Below, piece after piece: positions 14,223 to 32,055 of a DNA stretch of 64,000 nucleotides. Under the pieces are notes generated by a model, which saw nothing but the letters and a program-made list of their open reading frames with translations, did not search any database and was not told the origin of the DNA. A program made the position numbers and the translations under genes. The DNA is from the human T2T-CHM13v2.0 reference genome, Homo sapiens: NCBI RefSeq assembly GCF_009914755.1, contig NC_060931.1; one strand, 5' to 3'. Each line of letters starts with the position of its first letter. Positions within the stretch are counted from its first letter, which is position 1.

Positions 14223-15062
14223 TGTGTGGTGGGTTCAATGGTGGCCCCCTGCTATTGTCTGAATGTTTATTTCCCCCTACCCTGCACTCTGATTAATATG
14301 TTGAAGCCTAATACCCAACGTAACTGTATTAAATGGTGTGATATTTAGAAGGTACTTGGGTCATAAGGGCTCTACCCTCATGAATGTGGTTAGTACCATT
14401 CTAAAACAGGCCTGAAAGAGCTTGCTCTCCCCTTCAATCAAGTGAGGACACAGCTAGAAGCTGCCCTCTATGAAGAAGAGATCCTTTATCAGACACCAAA
14501 TCTGCTGGCATCTTGAATGTGGACCTCTCAGCCTTCAGAATTGTGAGCAATAAATTTCTGATGTTTATGAATTACCCTGGCTGTTTTGTTATAGCTACAT
14601 AAATGGACTAAGACACTTCCTCCAAAACGTATGTTCATTTCCTAACCTCCACAACTTTTGAATGTAATTTTATTCAGAAGAAAAATTTATTTCAGATATA
14701 ATTACATTAAGGATTTTGAGATGAAATCATCGTAGATTATCTGGGTGTGACCTCAATCCAGTAACAGGTATCCTTATGAGATACAGAAGAGAAGATACAG
14801 ACACAGAAAAGGCCACATGAAGGTGGAGGCAGAGATTTGAAATTATGCAGCTGCAAGTTAAGGAATGCCTAGAGCCACCAAAACTTGGAAAGGTCAGGAA
14901 AGGACTCTCCTCTAGAGGCTTCAGAGGGAATGCAGCCCTGAGGATACCTTGATATCGGACTTCTGGCCTCCAAACTGTGAGAGAATACATTTCTGTTATT
15001 TTAAGCCACCAAGTTTAAGTTTGTGGTAATTTTTTTCACAACATCCCTAGGAGACATATATA
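14223..15062 (+). mobile_element. MLT1C-like MaLR LTR, split by a nested MLT1A-type LTR
   Basis: 5' piece TGTGTGGTGGGTTCAATGGTGGCCCCC (14223-14249); resumes at ~14616 with typical MLT1C body (GGAATGCC.AGAGCCACCA, TTCTGGCCTCCAAACTGTGAGAGAATA). Confidence 0.8.
14250..14615 (+). mobile_element. MLT1A/MLT1A0 MaLR solo LTR
   Basis: TGCTATTGTCTGAATG start; CAGACACCAAATCTGCTGGC; AATAAATTTCTG; GGACTAAGACA end. Confidence 0.85.
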
Positions 15063-15179
15063 CTCTGCTAAAACACAACAGTGACATGATCAGCTTTCCA
15101 TATCTTTTGGGGACTGAAGAGGTAGCTGTAAAGTAAAATAAAAAAAAACCTTGGAGGAGCAAGGCTTAATAAGAGCATC

Positions 15180-17010
15180 AAAAAGTTTTTAAAAAATTAC
15201 AAATCATTTCTCACTCATGAACGTACTAAAAAATCTGCAGCAAAATGTTTACAAAGTAAATCCAGAATATTCCAAAGGACAGTACATCATCAGAAAGTAG
15301 TGATTACTGATGATTATATCATCAGTAATGTAAGTTGAGTTCAACATTTGAAAATAAATCACACTTTGCTGATGAGAATGTAAAATGCTACAGCCACTTT
15401 GGAAAACATTTGACTCAAATAAATGGAGAAATACGCCCCATGTATAGATTTAAAGACTCAGTATTATTAAGATGCCAGTTCTCTTCTATTTGATCTATAG
15501 ATTTACAAAATCCCAGCAAACTTTGTGGAGAATTTGAGTGACTGATTCTAAAATGTATGTCAATGATATGGAATTGTCATAATGATAAATAAATATATAA
15601 ATTGAAAAGAAAATAGATTGTCCACGACTAAACCCTAATACATATGTACATATACCATATATATGTTATAATAAATATTTTATATATGTTATATATATAT
15701 ATAAACTGTTGTTTCACAAAGGTACTGAGGTTACTTGATGAGGAAGAGATCATCTTTCAACAAATGGTGTTGGAATAATTGTATATTTGTAGAGAAAATT
15801 TTGAAATTGAATCCTGTCTCACACTTACACAAACATTAGCTCATGATAGAACACATACATAAATGTTCAAATTAAAACCATAAAGCTTCTGGAACAAAAT
15901 GTAGAGGAATATCTCTGCAAACAGCACAGGAAAAGATTTCTTTGACAGGACAACAAAAGCACTAAGAATAAAAGAAAAACTTGTTAAAATTGACTTCCGC
16001 AAAATTAATAACTTCTGCTCTTCAAATGATGTCATTGAAAAATGAAAACTCAAGCCATAAGCTGGAAGAAAATATTTGTAAGACACATATCTGAAGAAAG
16101 ACTTATATTCAAAACATAGTAAAGGAAAAATTCCTATAACTAAATAATATAAAATCAAACAAGTCAATAAAGATAGAAATTTAAATTTGAAAAGAAACTT
16201 TACTGAGGAGTGTATACAAATGGCCAAATGCATGAAGATGTTCTCAGCATCCTTAAATATCAGGGAAATGCAAACTTAAACCACAGTGAGTTACTGCTAT
16301 TTACCATGAGAATGGCCAAAATGTTAGAAAGACTGAAAAGTTTCAAATCTTGGCAATGTTGTTGATCAAGTGGAATTTTCATACTTTGCTGATGACAGTG
16401 TAAAATGATGCACCCACTTCAGAAAAGCAGTTTCTAAAATGTTAAAGATAAAGCTGCTCTGTAACCCAACAATTATACACCTAGGATTTTCCCAAGAGAA
16501 ATCAAACATATGTCCATAAAAGTCTTACACAAAAATATTCAGAAATATTTACTCATAAGAGCCCAAACGTGAAACAACACAAATGTCTGTCATCAGGTAA
16601 ATGATAAATACATTTTGATAAATGCTTCAAAATGGATTACTATTATATTTGGCTATAAGAAGTTATGAACTAATAATATAGATCCAGCAACATGAGTAAA
16701 TTTTAAAAACTTTTTTTCAGTCAAAGAAATCAGTTACAAAAGGGTATATATTATATTATTCCGTTATTCAAAGTTCTAGAACAGGCTAAATTAATCATAG
16801 CGACTTGTTGCTATATCATTTGTTGCTATAATCAGAGAATAGATGAGGGAGAAACAACTAGAAAGCAACATTAGGCAACTTTCTAGGTTTATTAATTTTT
16901 TCTGGATTTGGATGGTCATTACACTGTATGTAATTTATCAATATTTATCAAAGTGATACTTAAAATCTGTGTATACTATGATATATAATTTTACCTCACT
17001 TAAATATTAA
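15180..17010 (+). mobile_element. Old L1M (L1MC/ME-like) ORF2 3' end and 3' UTR fragments
   Basis: L1 ORF2-like motifs (TCTTTCAACAAATGGTGTTGGA, GGGAAATGCAAACTTAAACCACAGTGAG, CCCAAGAGAAAT) and an L1M-type 3' terminus. Confidence 0.75.
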
Positions 17011-17234
17011 AGATGGTAAGCAAAAATTTGTCAAACACGAGTATATAAAGTAGGAATTAATACTAAAATGAAGAAAAATAAATCCAGATAGATTACATTT
17101 TTAAATAGTTTTATGGTCAATTTAAAAAATATATGTATAATACAAAATTATATAGACTCATTAAAGGTAAACCACAATTTTGGCTCTTAAGCTTTCTAAC
17201 TGGAAGTGGAAATTGGGGAATTTGATCAGTTAAT

Positions 17235-17410
17235 TCACTGAGTTTTAATGTCCGATCATAGACAATTACCTGGGGAGCTTCATGAAAAACACAAGTTTTT
17301 AGGACCTATATCCTCCATGTTCTGATTCAGTAGGTCTGAGGAAAGATCTGAAATTCTGCATTTTGGAAGTTTCTCTTGGTGATTGTGACATCTAGGTTGA
17401 AACTTTCTGA
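17235..17410. mobile_element. MER5A (hAT-Charlie) fossil
   Basis: ATTACCTGGGGAGCTT…TTCTGATTCAGTAGGTCTG…ATTCTGCATTTT motifs. Confidence 0.7.
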
Positions 17411-20400
17411 GTTACCCAATTTGTAGAATCCGTAAGATAAATTGATTATTTACAAAAACCTCAGCAACTCATGATATTAAAAATTAAAATTAATTTCTTC
17501 TGACAATTCTCACAAGGAGGAAACTGTGTAACAAAATATATCCTCAATAGCCTTACAGTCAATTCAGGAACAAGTTTTATAAAAGGCACCTCATAATACA
17601 GATTCTTAATACAGGACCTCAATACAAGTCAAGTGTAGGATGGCAACTGTAATTCAGTAAGGGTAGTTATAAAGAGTGGGGTTACTGGATAAACGTCTGT
17701 TATGTAACTTATGCTGCTTTAGATTTAGGAGCAGATTTTAGGCCATCCAGAAAAACACAGAAACTGAAGGTTTTTCAGGAAATGCTCCATAAAGTTTTTT
17801 TATTTCTCATGAACTTTTTTGTAGACTACTACTGGGTAAAAATGATTTTAAGACTATTTTTTTTGCAAGAACTTGAATCATAACTAATCTAAATTGCCAC
17901 TTAAATACCATACCAATCAATGTAATTTAAGTCTGTTAATAATAGTTGGCATGGTCTAGTGACAATTAAGGAATGTAAACTAAATTTAAGGTTGGTTGTT
18001 GTGAATTTTAATCAGGAATCAGACATAAATAGCCAACTTATATTTAGTACTTGCAGCATGCCCCACAGAAAAGTGGTAGTTTTGTTCCCTTCAGGAACAG
18101 GCGTCTGCCTTTCTACACTCATTTTTCAAAAGGTTTTCTACGTGAGAGACTTTAATGTTTGAAAGCAAGTAGTCGTGAAGATGACAATTTCACTAAAACC
18201 TTTATAAATTGCTTTAAAAGAGTAGCGAGCAACCAAACCCATTTGAAGTAGGAACAATTTGGGGGAGCAGAGATTTTGATATATCAATGAGCAGATTCTA
18301 TGGTCATATTCATAAATCCTATGTTATTTTGGTGTGTAAAAAAAAAAGGGATTTATTAACCAAGCGTTCGAAAGTTCCAAAGAGGCAAAGAGAAGCTTCT
18401 AACTTATTAAAATGATTCTCTTCATCTTCATTCTCCTTTATGACTACCATTAACTTTCTTAATTCACCCCAATTTATCATCTATAAAAAGAGAAATTTAA
18501 CTAAATGAAAAGAAAACTAATTTATTTTAAGAAACTGCCTTTAGAGCAAAATCATGACCATTAAGACAAATAGATAGCATGATCATATGTTCATCTATCT
18601 CTAGAGGGGATACCAGAAAACCACAGAAAAGGGGGAGGTGAATGAGGGGCAAGTGGTGGCTGTGGTCATAGACAGTCTTTCAGGTTTCAATATTTACTGA
18701 TAGGTCATGATCTACTTTTTGCAGTCCCTTAGATTAGATATTTAAATTTAATGCTGTTTTAAAAATCTGAAAATTGATTTTCTCTTCATTAAATACTACC
18801 ATAAAGAAATATAACAATTCAATGTATGTAACTTTTCCTCAATAGCTCTCTTAATTACACCTTTTAAGAAACAAAAGCCTCTAATAGGTCTGTTCAATAG
18901 TAATAAAATAGCAAAGAAATCAAAAGCTTTGAGCTACGAAAACAACAAAAACAACTGAAATTCTGTGATAGCTATATTAAGGCCTATATTCGCTACATCT
19001 TAAACAAAAATATATTTTTTCTCTCAAATTTAAAGTATCTAACTCTGGATCTAGAGATACATACACTTTTAAAAATCTCTTGTTGGCTAAGCAATGAAAT
19101 GAAGTAAGATGCTTCCAAATGTAAATATCCTAATGGGGCTAGTCAGCTATCACACTGTGAAGCCTCAGCCAACTATAGGTAGGTTTCAGTGGCCCTTGTT
19201 CATTCTACCAAATCCATTCCCAATCGTCTAACAGTTATGTCCTCAGAACACCTACATTTCTTGCATTTTTCCTGATTGATCCTGCATTTAGATAAATTGT
19301 CCTCTGTCCTAGGACTACTCTCTTTCAAGTAAAATGTTATAAAGAAGACTTTGCAAATGATGCTTCACACAAGAAAATTATCTTCTCAAAGATGTATCAA
19401 AATGAGACCTGTCCACTAACTTAATCTTAAGTACTGTAAAGCCAAACTATCCCTGGCAGATTATGAGCAGGTCTATAACTAGTTCCAAAAGATTAAAACA
19501 GCATCCAAATAAAGAAATATTTTTTGTATTAAAGCACCTTAAATAAACTACACTAAATTCTTACACCACTAAAGCTAAGTTCCTAGAAAAATAGCAAAAA
19601 AAACAGTGCTGAAATAATTGGATTACTTTTAACATATAGTACTATGAGAAAAAATAGGAATTTTTACATCATTATATATGCCTCTCTGCTTTCTTCATAT
19701 TAAAACAATTACTCAGATATTTTGTATAATATATTTATATTAGACTGTTTTCCCTACCATGGCCAAATCTGCTTTTCCTATTTATTTCTGTTCTTGGGAT
19801 TAAAAGTGTTACCGTCTACCCATTTTCCCCAATGGGAAACTTCAGAGGCATATTTGATTCTAGCTGTCCATCAGGCTGAACTTCAATCAGCCACTTAATC
19901 CTGTTGATTTGGCTTGGATCCCACTGCTACAAACTTCTTTCAGGCCCTAATCGTCTATGTCCTTCATTACTAAATGAGACTCCTCTTGCCCATCTTTCTT
20001 CAGTTCATTCAAATCACCAGAGTTCTTTTTTAAAACATTAATCCTGCTGTCTCTTCATTTTTGATAAAATAAAGTACGATATCCTTGGCATAATGTTTAA
20101 AACCCTTCTTCTTGTGTCTTATCAACTACCTTTCTTGTCTCCCTCCTAGCACTTCTGTACAGGTCCTCGTGCCCCAGACATAATGAGTTTCACTACTGCT
20201 AGAACTAGCTCAGATTTCAAAAATGTTCAATGCTGCTATTTCTGCACTTAGATTATTTGTTTGGTTTTGTACCTGTCTTTCCCACTGGAACATGAGTCCT
20301 TCAAGTTCAGAGCCATTTTTTGCTCATATTTTTATGATACACTTAGTGCAATTCCTTGTCCATAATGGGTTCAAAGTATTCATGTTTGAATAGCACCAAA

Positions 20401-20589
20401 AACTTTGATTTGGGGCAGTCAGTATTGTGTGCTCCTTATCCTGTTATATAACAAGCTTCTCAATGACTGTTCCTTTTTATTATGGTTTGTTTTACTTTGG
20501 CAATAAAAGTAAGTTAGCAGCGAGGGGAGAAGTAAAAGCCTGTAGCTGTGGGTGATGCTTTGGGAACAGGGTAGGGTTGGATAGAAACT

Positions 20590-20935
20590 GTACAGTTTGA
20601 TTGTGGGCTCTGGATTCGAGCTCCCTGACTTTGAATTTCAACTCTATAATTTACCTTTATTTGACTTGAAAAAGTTATATGGACAATCAATGCCTCATTT
20701 TTAAAAAAATGGGAACCATTCAACACTTTAGAAATATCTTTTAGATACTGAGCTCTATTCTAAGTGTTGTGGATAGAGTGGTAAAGAAAACAGATACATT
20801 CTATGCCCTTAAACACTTTATGTCCTAGTAATCATCTCAAAGATTTGTTGTGAGAATTAAGTGATATAATAGATACAAAGCACTTTGCCCAGTGCCAGGG
20901 ACATGACAAATGCAGAGTAAATGTTATCCATCATT
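20590..20935 (+). mobile_element. MIR SINE with an embedded L2 fragment
   Basis: GGGCTCTGGA…TTTGAATT…, TTGTTGTGAGAATTAAGTGA…AAAGCACTT…CAGTGCC; L2-like 3' end at ~20730-20830. Confidence 0.55.
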
Positions 20936-20998
20936 AACACTATCATTAATTAGTGATAGCAGCATCATTATTATTTTTAGATGGATAGGTATGGAGAT

Positions 20999-21372
20999 TG
21001 TATTAGTCCCTTCTCATGCTGTTAATAAAGACGTACCTGAGGCTGGGTGATTTATAAAGGAAAGAGGTTTAATTGACTCACAGTTTAGCATGGCTGGGGA
21101 GGCCTCAGGAAACTTACAATCATGGCGGAAGGGGAAAGAAATACCTCCTTCTTCACATGGTAGAGGCAAGGAGAAGAATGAGTGCCCAGCGAATGAGGAA
21201 GCCCCTTATAAAACCATCAGATCTCATGAGAACTCACTATCACGAGAACAGGTTGGGGGAAATCATCCCCATGATTCAAAGATCTCCACCTGGTCCCTCC
21301 CACGACATGTGAGGATTATGGGAACTACAATAGAAGATGAAATTTGGGTGGGGATACAGCCAAACCATATCA
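20999..21372 (-). mobile_element. THE1C/THE1-family MaLR solo LTR
   Basis: TG…CA termini (TGTATTAGTCC … CAAACCATATCA), 374 bp, perfect 5-bp TSD GAGAT at 20994-20998 and 21373-21377. Confidence 0.93.
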
Positions 21373-21939
21373 GAGATTATAAAGCCAATGTGTCCATCGC
21401 TTCTTCTATGCTAGCCCTCAGAAGTCCTATTTTATATCACCTTTTCTGCAGGTGGTTCAGCCCACTATATCTTCCTGCAACCTAGGATTCATTAGCTTTG
21501 ATAGTAAAATTATGGGAAGTTTTCAGCAGAGACAAGTAGTATTACCCAGACCACGTTTCCTTGATGTTGAATCCATGCACCTGTTTTATCTGCTTTGCTT
21601 TTCTCAGTGCTTCTGTGAAACTCTTGGTTTCCATATGCAATGCCTTCTGAATTCAAGGTTTCACCTGCCCCTTCACTTTATGTCTTACGTGTCCCACTTC
21701 TCATGTCCCTGCTGGCTCACCTGGTTTCACTCTCACAGCTGGCCCTGGCCTCCAGTATCTCTGGTGCCTGAGTTTTGTCACTGCCTTGATTTTAAAACAT
21801 TACCTTCTCCTGCGGCTTGTTATTTCGTGTTCAGCCCATTGAATAACAACCCAGTCAATGATCATCAAACCAGCCTAATTAAACATTATCTTGGCTCTCA
21901 TGATACCAGGTGTCTACTTTAACCATACACTTTCACCTT

Positions 21940-22180
21940 AATAGTAACACCAATTGAGGGTTTACTAACTGCTGTGCATATAACAACACAATAATCATAA
22001 CAGCATGCCTTTGAAGTAGGTACTATGACTAGTTTCCTTTCACAGATAAAGAAACTGAAGTATAGAAAAGTTAGACAATTTGCCAAAGTTTTATAGTTAC
22101 TAAGCTACAGAGCTGGGATTTGATTCCATTCAGTCTGGCTCTAGAGTCTGTGTTCTAAGTCATCACGAACTACTGTTTCT
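21940..22180 (-). mobile_element. MIR SINE
   Basis: MIR core TTTCACAGATAAAGAAACTGAAG…AGAGCTGGGATTTGA…CAGTCTGGCTCTAGAG. Confidence 0.75.
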
Positions 22181-22273
22181 CACCTGACAGGATGACAGAA
22201 CGGAACTTCACAGCCTAGATTTTACATATAGTTTAAGTGAGTTTCATTCCTGTCAGATGGTGTTTAAAAATAC

Positions 22274-22820
22274 TGTGTGGTAGATATTTGTCATTTGGGA
22301 CCATCCAGTATCTCTTTCTACTTCCCACTAGAACGCTGAGATTTTCTTAAAGTTTATCTTACCCATGGTGAATAGTCTTGGAAGGAAAATGACTTAGGAT
22401 GCTTTGATCTCCCCGTCAGAAGCTGAAGGGGCAGCATGCGTCTCTTCCTTTCATAGTCTTTTATTTCACTTCATTGATATAAACAAGATGTGTCCAATTG
22501 ACCTAAGCTCCTCCAGTGAGATTCGTTCTGAGGACTTTGAAATTTGAGTTAAATGTCAAAAAGTGAGGAGAAAAGGAAAAGCAGAAAAAACATCCACCTC
22601 TGGCCATTTATTTATTCAGTCCAGCAATGGTGCCTGAGTGAGCAAGAGCTTGCTGTGGAGACCTTCTCTACATGCAAAATTCCTTTCCTTTCAAGCCTGG
22701 TTTTGCAGCTCTCCCTTCAGTCCTGTGAGGGTCTTCATATCCTTCTAATCAACTATTTTTCTACTTTAATTACACAAAGCTGGTTTCTGTTGCTCTTCAA
22801 CTATTATATTTTATAGATAT
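22274..22820 (+). mobile_element. Old MaLR (MLT1-type) LTR
   Basis: TGTGTGGTAGATATTTGTC start and GGTTTCTGTTGC end motif; diverged. Confidence 0.4.
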
Positions 22821-25800
22821 AGAATAATTAGCAATCCTAGGACTGCCACTTTTCATTAGGTAGTATTTTTCACATGCTTATATTTCTGTCCTCCCTGTTT
22901 GGGTTGCTGATATTGGCTGCCTCAAAGCCCCATGTGATCATTTTGAAAAACTGATAAAGGTCAAAAAATAATGCCAGACGAGAGGAAATATCAACTGTGA
23001 AAAATATACAGAATATCCACCAATATTTGGAAAACAACAATCCTTTTCAGGCAGCACCAAATAGGAAATTCGGCAGAATTTAACTAAGATAGCAGGTCAC
23101 AGACTCAGATCTATATATGTGTTGAAGAGTGGGTGTTAAAATGGCTTTCATTTCTGAAATGTGAACTCCAAATTCCACACTTGGAAGCGAATTAGAAATC
23201 TTCTGCCTGTAATTAGAAAATCTCTTTTCACAGAATTCAGCATGGTGAAGCCTCAGTGATCAAACAGACAAGCCTCCCTCAAAACTGCTAACTCTGTTGG
23301 GCATTCATTATTCTAGTTAAATGCTGAGTGGCCATAATTACCTGCTTAGTAGACGGTGCACTTGCTGCCCACTCAAACACATTAGGCTTGTCACAGGCTT
23401 TGGGAGCAGCAGAGGATCCTTCACCCCATTATTTATAAATGGTGATGTTTCCAAATTTACTAGATAGCTGTTTTAAACAGCTTTGAAGAAAAGGCAGTAA
23501 TAGTGATCTAGCATTAATTAGTATTAATATTTCTCCATGAATTGCTTTGCCCTTATATTTTTGATCTCTTAAAGCCTCCCTTGAGTAAAAGCAGTATTGG
23601 TTTCTAAAGTAATTCTCTCACTAAGATATAGGCTTAGAAAAGAGAAAAAAATTGAACATCGTGATACAATTTAAGACTTAAAATACTGTACACATGTTTA
23701 CACAATTACATAAGTACACAGGTATACGTTAACTTAGAAGGCGAGATACAATAATAGATAAAATAACTTTCTTTTACCAAATAATTGGAGGTTTAATCAT
23801 TAAAGCATGATTCATTATATAACATAAAAGTATAAGTGACAGAAATCGAGAAAATGTAGATGTTGATCTGTTTTTCATAAATTCCTTTGGAGGATATAGA
23901 GCATCTCACTTATGTTTGTATCTGCACAGTGACTCTTCTATTTGGGGCAGTTAGGAAATGCTTGTTAAATGGATGGGTAAATATTTTGTATTTTATAATG
24001 CTATAAAATTATTTTAATATTAATGAAGCCTCCTAAGCAAAAATAAAATAACCCCTATGATCACAACTTGAATTCAAGCTAGATATATTTTTATAAGTTT
24101 CTCAGGATAATATACAAATAAATCTAGGTGGCAACTAGTACCTTCTCATACTCTGGAACATAAACCAAGATAAACAATTTCTTTGGAAAGGAGAATCTAT
24201 TTGTTTAGACTCTATAATATTGAGAGGTGTATCCAGGGAACTATCCTTCAAAGTTCATACCACAGAAATTTAAATATGAGAATTTAAATATAATAATAGG
24301 TCATATTGTGTTATGTTCATTAATGGAATATAATGTTAACTTATGAGTATCCTGATTTGTTGAAACTTTAAATTGAACCATAGATATTACCCTCTTATAG
24401 ATCATAAATGGTCAAATGTAAACAATTTTATTAAAAGTAAGCCATCTTTATCCAATAAGTAAAAGAATAACACAAGACAACTAAAGGGAAGCTTCTTCAG
24501 AATACTTTAAAAAAAGAAACAGAGGTGGCTGGCAAGATGGTCAAATAGGAACAGCTCTAGTCTGCAGCTGCCAGAGAGATCAACAGAGAAGGCGGGTGAT
24601 TGCTGCATTTCCAACTGAGGTACCCAGCTCATCTCATTAGGACTGGTTAGACAGTGGTTGCAGCCCATGGAGGGCGAGCTGAAGCAGTATGGGGCGTTGC
24701 CTCACCTGGGAAGCAAAGGAGCTGGGGAACTCCCTCACCTAGCCAAGGGAAGCCGTGAGGGACAATGCCTTGAGGGACAGTGCATTCCAGCCCAGATACA
24801 ATGCTTTTCCCATGGTCTTCGCAACCCGCAAACCAGGAGATTCCCTTGGGTTCCTACGCCACCAGGGCCCTGGGTTACAAGCACAAAACTGGGCGACCAT
24901 TTGGGCAGACACCAAGCTAGCTGAGCTAGCTGCAGGAGTTTATTTTCATACCCTAGTGGCACCTAGAATGCCAGTGAGACAGAACCGTTCACTCCCCTGG
25001 AAAGGGGGCTGAAGCCTGGGAGCCAAGTGGTCTAGCTCAGCAGATCCCACTCCCACAGAGCCCAGTAAGCTAAGATCCACTGGCTTGAAATTCTCACTGC
25101 CAGCACGGCAGTCGGAAATTGACCTGGGATGCTCGAGCTTGGTGCAGGGAGGGACATCTGCCATTACTGAGGCTTGAGTAGGGGATTTTCCCCTCACAGT
25201 GTAAACAAAGCTTCCAGGAAGTTCAAACTGGGCCAAGCCCACTGCAGCTCGGCAAAGCCACTGTAGCCACACTACCTCTCTAGATTCCTTCTTTCTGGGC
25301 AGGGCATCTCTGAAAGAAAGGCAGCAGCCCCAGTCAGGAGCTTATAGATAAAACTCCCATCTCCCTGCGACAGAGCACCTAAGGGAGAGGGTGGATATGA
25401 GCATAGATTCAGCAGACTTAAATGTTCCTGCCTGCTGGCTCTGAAGAGAGCAGTGGATCTCCCAGCACAGTGCTTAAGCTCTGCTAAGGGACAGACTGCC
25501 TCCTCAAGTGGGTGCCTGACTACCATGCCTGCTAACTGGGAGATACCTCCCAGTATGGGCCGACAGACACCTCATACAGGAGAGCTCTGGCTGACATCTG
25601 GCAGGTGCCCCTCTGGGATGAAGCTTCCAGAGGAAGGAACAGGCAGCAATCTTTGCTATTCTCCAGTCTCCGGTGGTGATACCCAGGCAAACAGGGTGTG
25701 AAGTGGACCTTCACCAAACTCCAGCAGACCTGCAGCTGAGGGGCCCAACTGTTGGAAGGAAAACTAACAAACAGAAAGGAATAGCATCAATATCAACAAA

Positions 25801-25872
25801 AAGGATGTCCAAACAGAAACCCCATCTGAAGGTCACCAACATCAAAGACCAAAGGTAGATAAATCTACGAAG

Positions 25873-26892
25873 ATGAGGAAAAATCAGCACAAAAAGTCTG
25901 AAAATTCCAAAAACCAGAACGCCTCTTTTCCTCCAAAAGATCACAACTCCTTCCCAGCAAGGGAACAAAACTTGGAGAATGAGTTTGAAGAACTGAAAGA
26001 AGTAGGCTTCAGATGGTGGGTAATAACAAACTCTGGGCTAAAGGAGCATGTTCTAACTTAATCCAAGGAAGCCAAGAACCTTGAAGAAATGTTAGATGAA
26101 TTGCTAACTAGAATAACCAGTTTAGAGAAGAACATAAATGACCTGATGGAGCTGAAAAACACAGCACGAGAGCTTCTTAAAGCATACACAAGTATCAATA
26201 GCTGACTTGATCAAGCAGAAGAAAGGATATCAGAGACTGAGAATCAACTTAATGAAATAAAGCATGAAGACAAGATTAGAAAAATAATGAATGAGAAGGA
26301 ACAAACAAAGCCTCCAAGAAATATGGGATTATGTGAAAAGACCAAACCTTCATTTGATTGGTGTACCTGAAATTGATGGGGAGAATGGAACCTAGCTGGA
26401 AAACACTCTTTAGGATATTACCCAGGAGAACTTCCTCCACCTAGCAAGACAGGCCAACATTCAAATTCAGGAAATACAGAGAACACCACAAAGATACTCC
26501 TCGAGAAGGGTAACCCCAAGACAGATAATTGTCAGATTCACCAAGGCTTAAATGAAGGAAAAAACGTTGAGGGAAGCCAGAGAGAAAGGTCAGGTTACCC
26601 ACAAAGGGAAGCCCATCAGACTAACAGTGGATCTCTCTACAGAAACCCTACAAGCCAGAAGAGAGTGGGGGCCAATATTTAACATTCTTAAAGAAAAGAT
26701 TTTCAACCCAGAATTTCATATCCAGCCAAATTAAGCTTCAGAAGCAATGGAGAAATAAAATCCTTTACAGAAAAGCAAATGCTGAGAGCTTTTGTCACCA
26801 CCAGGCCTGCCTTACAAGAGCTCCTGAGGGAAGCACTAAATATGGAAAGGACAAACCAGTACCAGCCACTGCAAAAACATACCAAATTGTAA
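25873..26892 (+). pseudogene. L1 ORF1p remnant (stops and frameshifts)
   Basis: MRKNQHKKSENSKNQNAS start; MKEKTLREAREKGQVTHKGKPIRLT fragment; broken by in-frame stops. Confidence 0.88.
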
Positions 26893-26955
26893 AAACCATC
26901 AACACTATGAAGAAACTGCATTAACAAAAGGGCAAAATAACTAGCTAGCATCAAA

Positions 26956-30739
<3,784 letters not shown>

Positions 30740-31726
30740 ACAAGGAGAACACATGGACACAGGGTGGGGAACGTCACACACCGGGGCCTGTCAGGGGTCG
30801 GGGGGCTAGGGGAGGTATAGCATTAGGATAAACACCTAGTGTAGATCATGGGTTGATGGGTTCAGCAAACCACCATGGCACGTGTATACCTATGTAACAA
30901 ACCTGCACATTCTGCACATGTATCCCAGAATTTAAAGTATACAATAAAAAAGAAATCATTTCCCCTCATTATTCAAAAACTATACAGTATTTACATCTAT
31001 GTGCAAAACACTGATCTATGTGATATACAAATATGACTCAAGAAACTTTGAGAAACAACTCAATAAAGAACATATCAATTATTGACATCTATATAAAACA
31101 AGTATATTATGAGGCACATTATGGCACAATATAGTTAGTCTCATGAAGAAAGCATAAGAAAATTCTTATAGCTGAGCGGAAAGAAATCACGCTGGGCTGT
31201 CAGCCACATGTAAAGCTCATAGCAATTGTTATCTCATAGCAATCTACAGGACAATAAATTGTCCTAAGCCAAGGGTCATAAAAAATGAGGACTTCAACCC
31301 ATTCTTATCTAGATCAGCTGTGGACACCTCTATAAGAAGATTCAGTTCTCAGAGTCCTCCTTCTCCACTAATAGACCTTAACAGATTTCTTATTCTGCCA
31401 CTTAGTCTATCTCAGAGAAGGATGCTGGTGAATTTCACAGAGCTGAGTCACAGGCACATTCTGCAAAGCAGCTCCTCCCCTTATCTGACAGTCACGAGGC
31501 ACTTACTAGAAAGCAGTTTCTGGTTTATACCCTTTCTATTATGATAACTGTCGAAATAACCAGCTCATTACAGAGCCCACTCACGTGAAAAATTCACAGC
31601 CAGACCTACTTATTAAATCAGAGCAAAAGGAGGGCTGCTCTTATTCCTGTGCCCAGGTCACTCTAAGCTATATTTATATTTCAAATTCAATCTATCTCTA
31701 AATGAAAGACAAAATGGTATATTTAG

Positions 31727-32055
<329 letters not shown>

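Noticed and set aside
21073-21922. 131-aa and 156-aa plus-strand ORFs
   Set aside because: The first derives from the THE1 LTR; the second has no ATG start, domain or splice support.
24658-25968. Cluster of 60-108 aa ORFs on both strands, including a possible ORF0
   Set aside because: Chance ORFs in the GC-richer L1 5' UTR; no recognisable intact ORF0.
30783-30815. G-quadruplex-like G-rich tract
   Set aside because: Ordinary, well-known L1 3' UTR feature.
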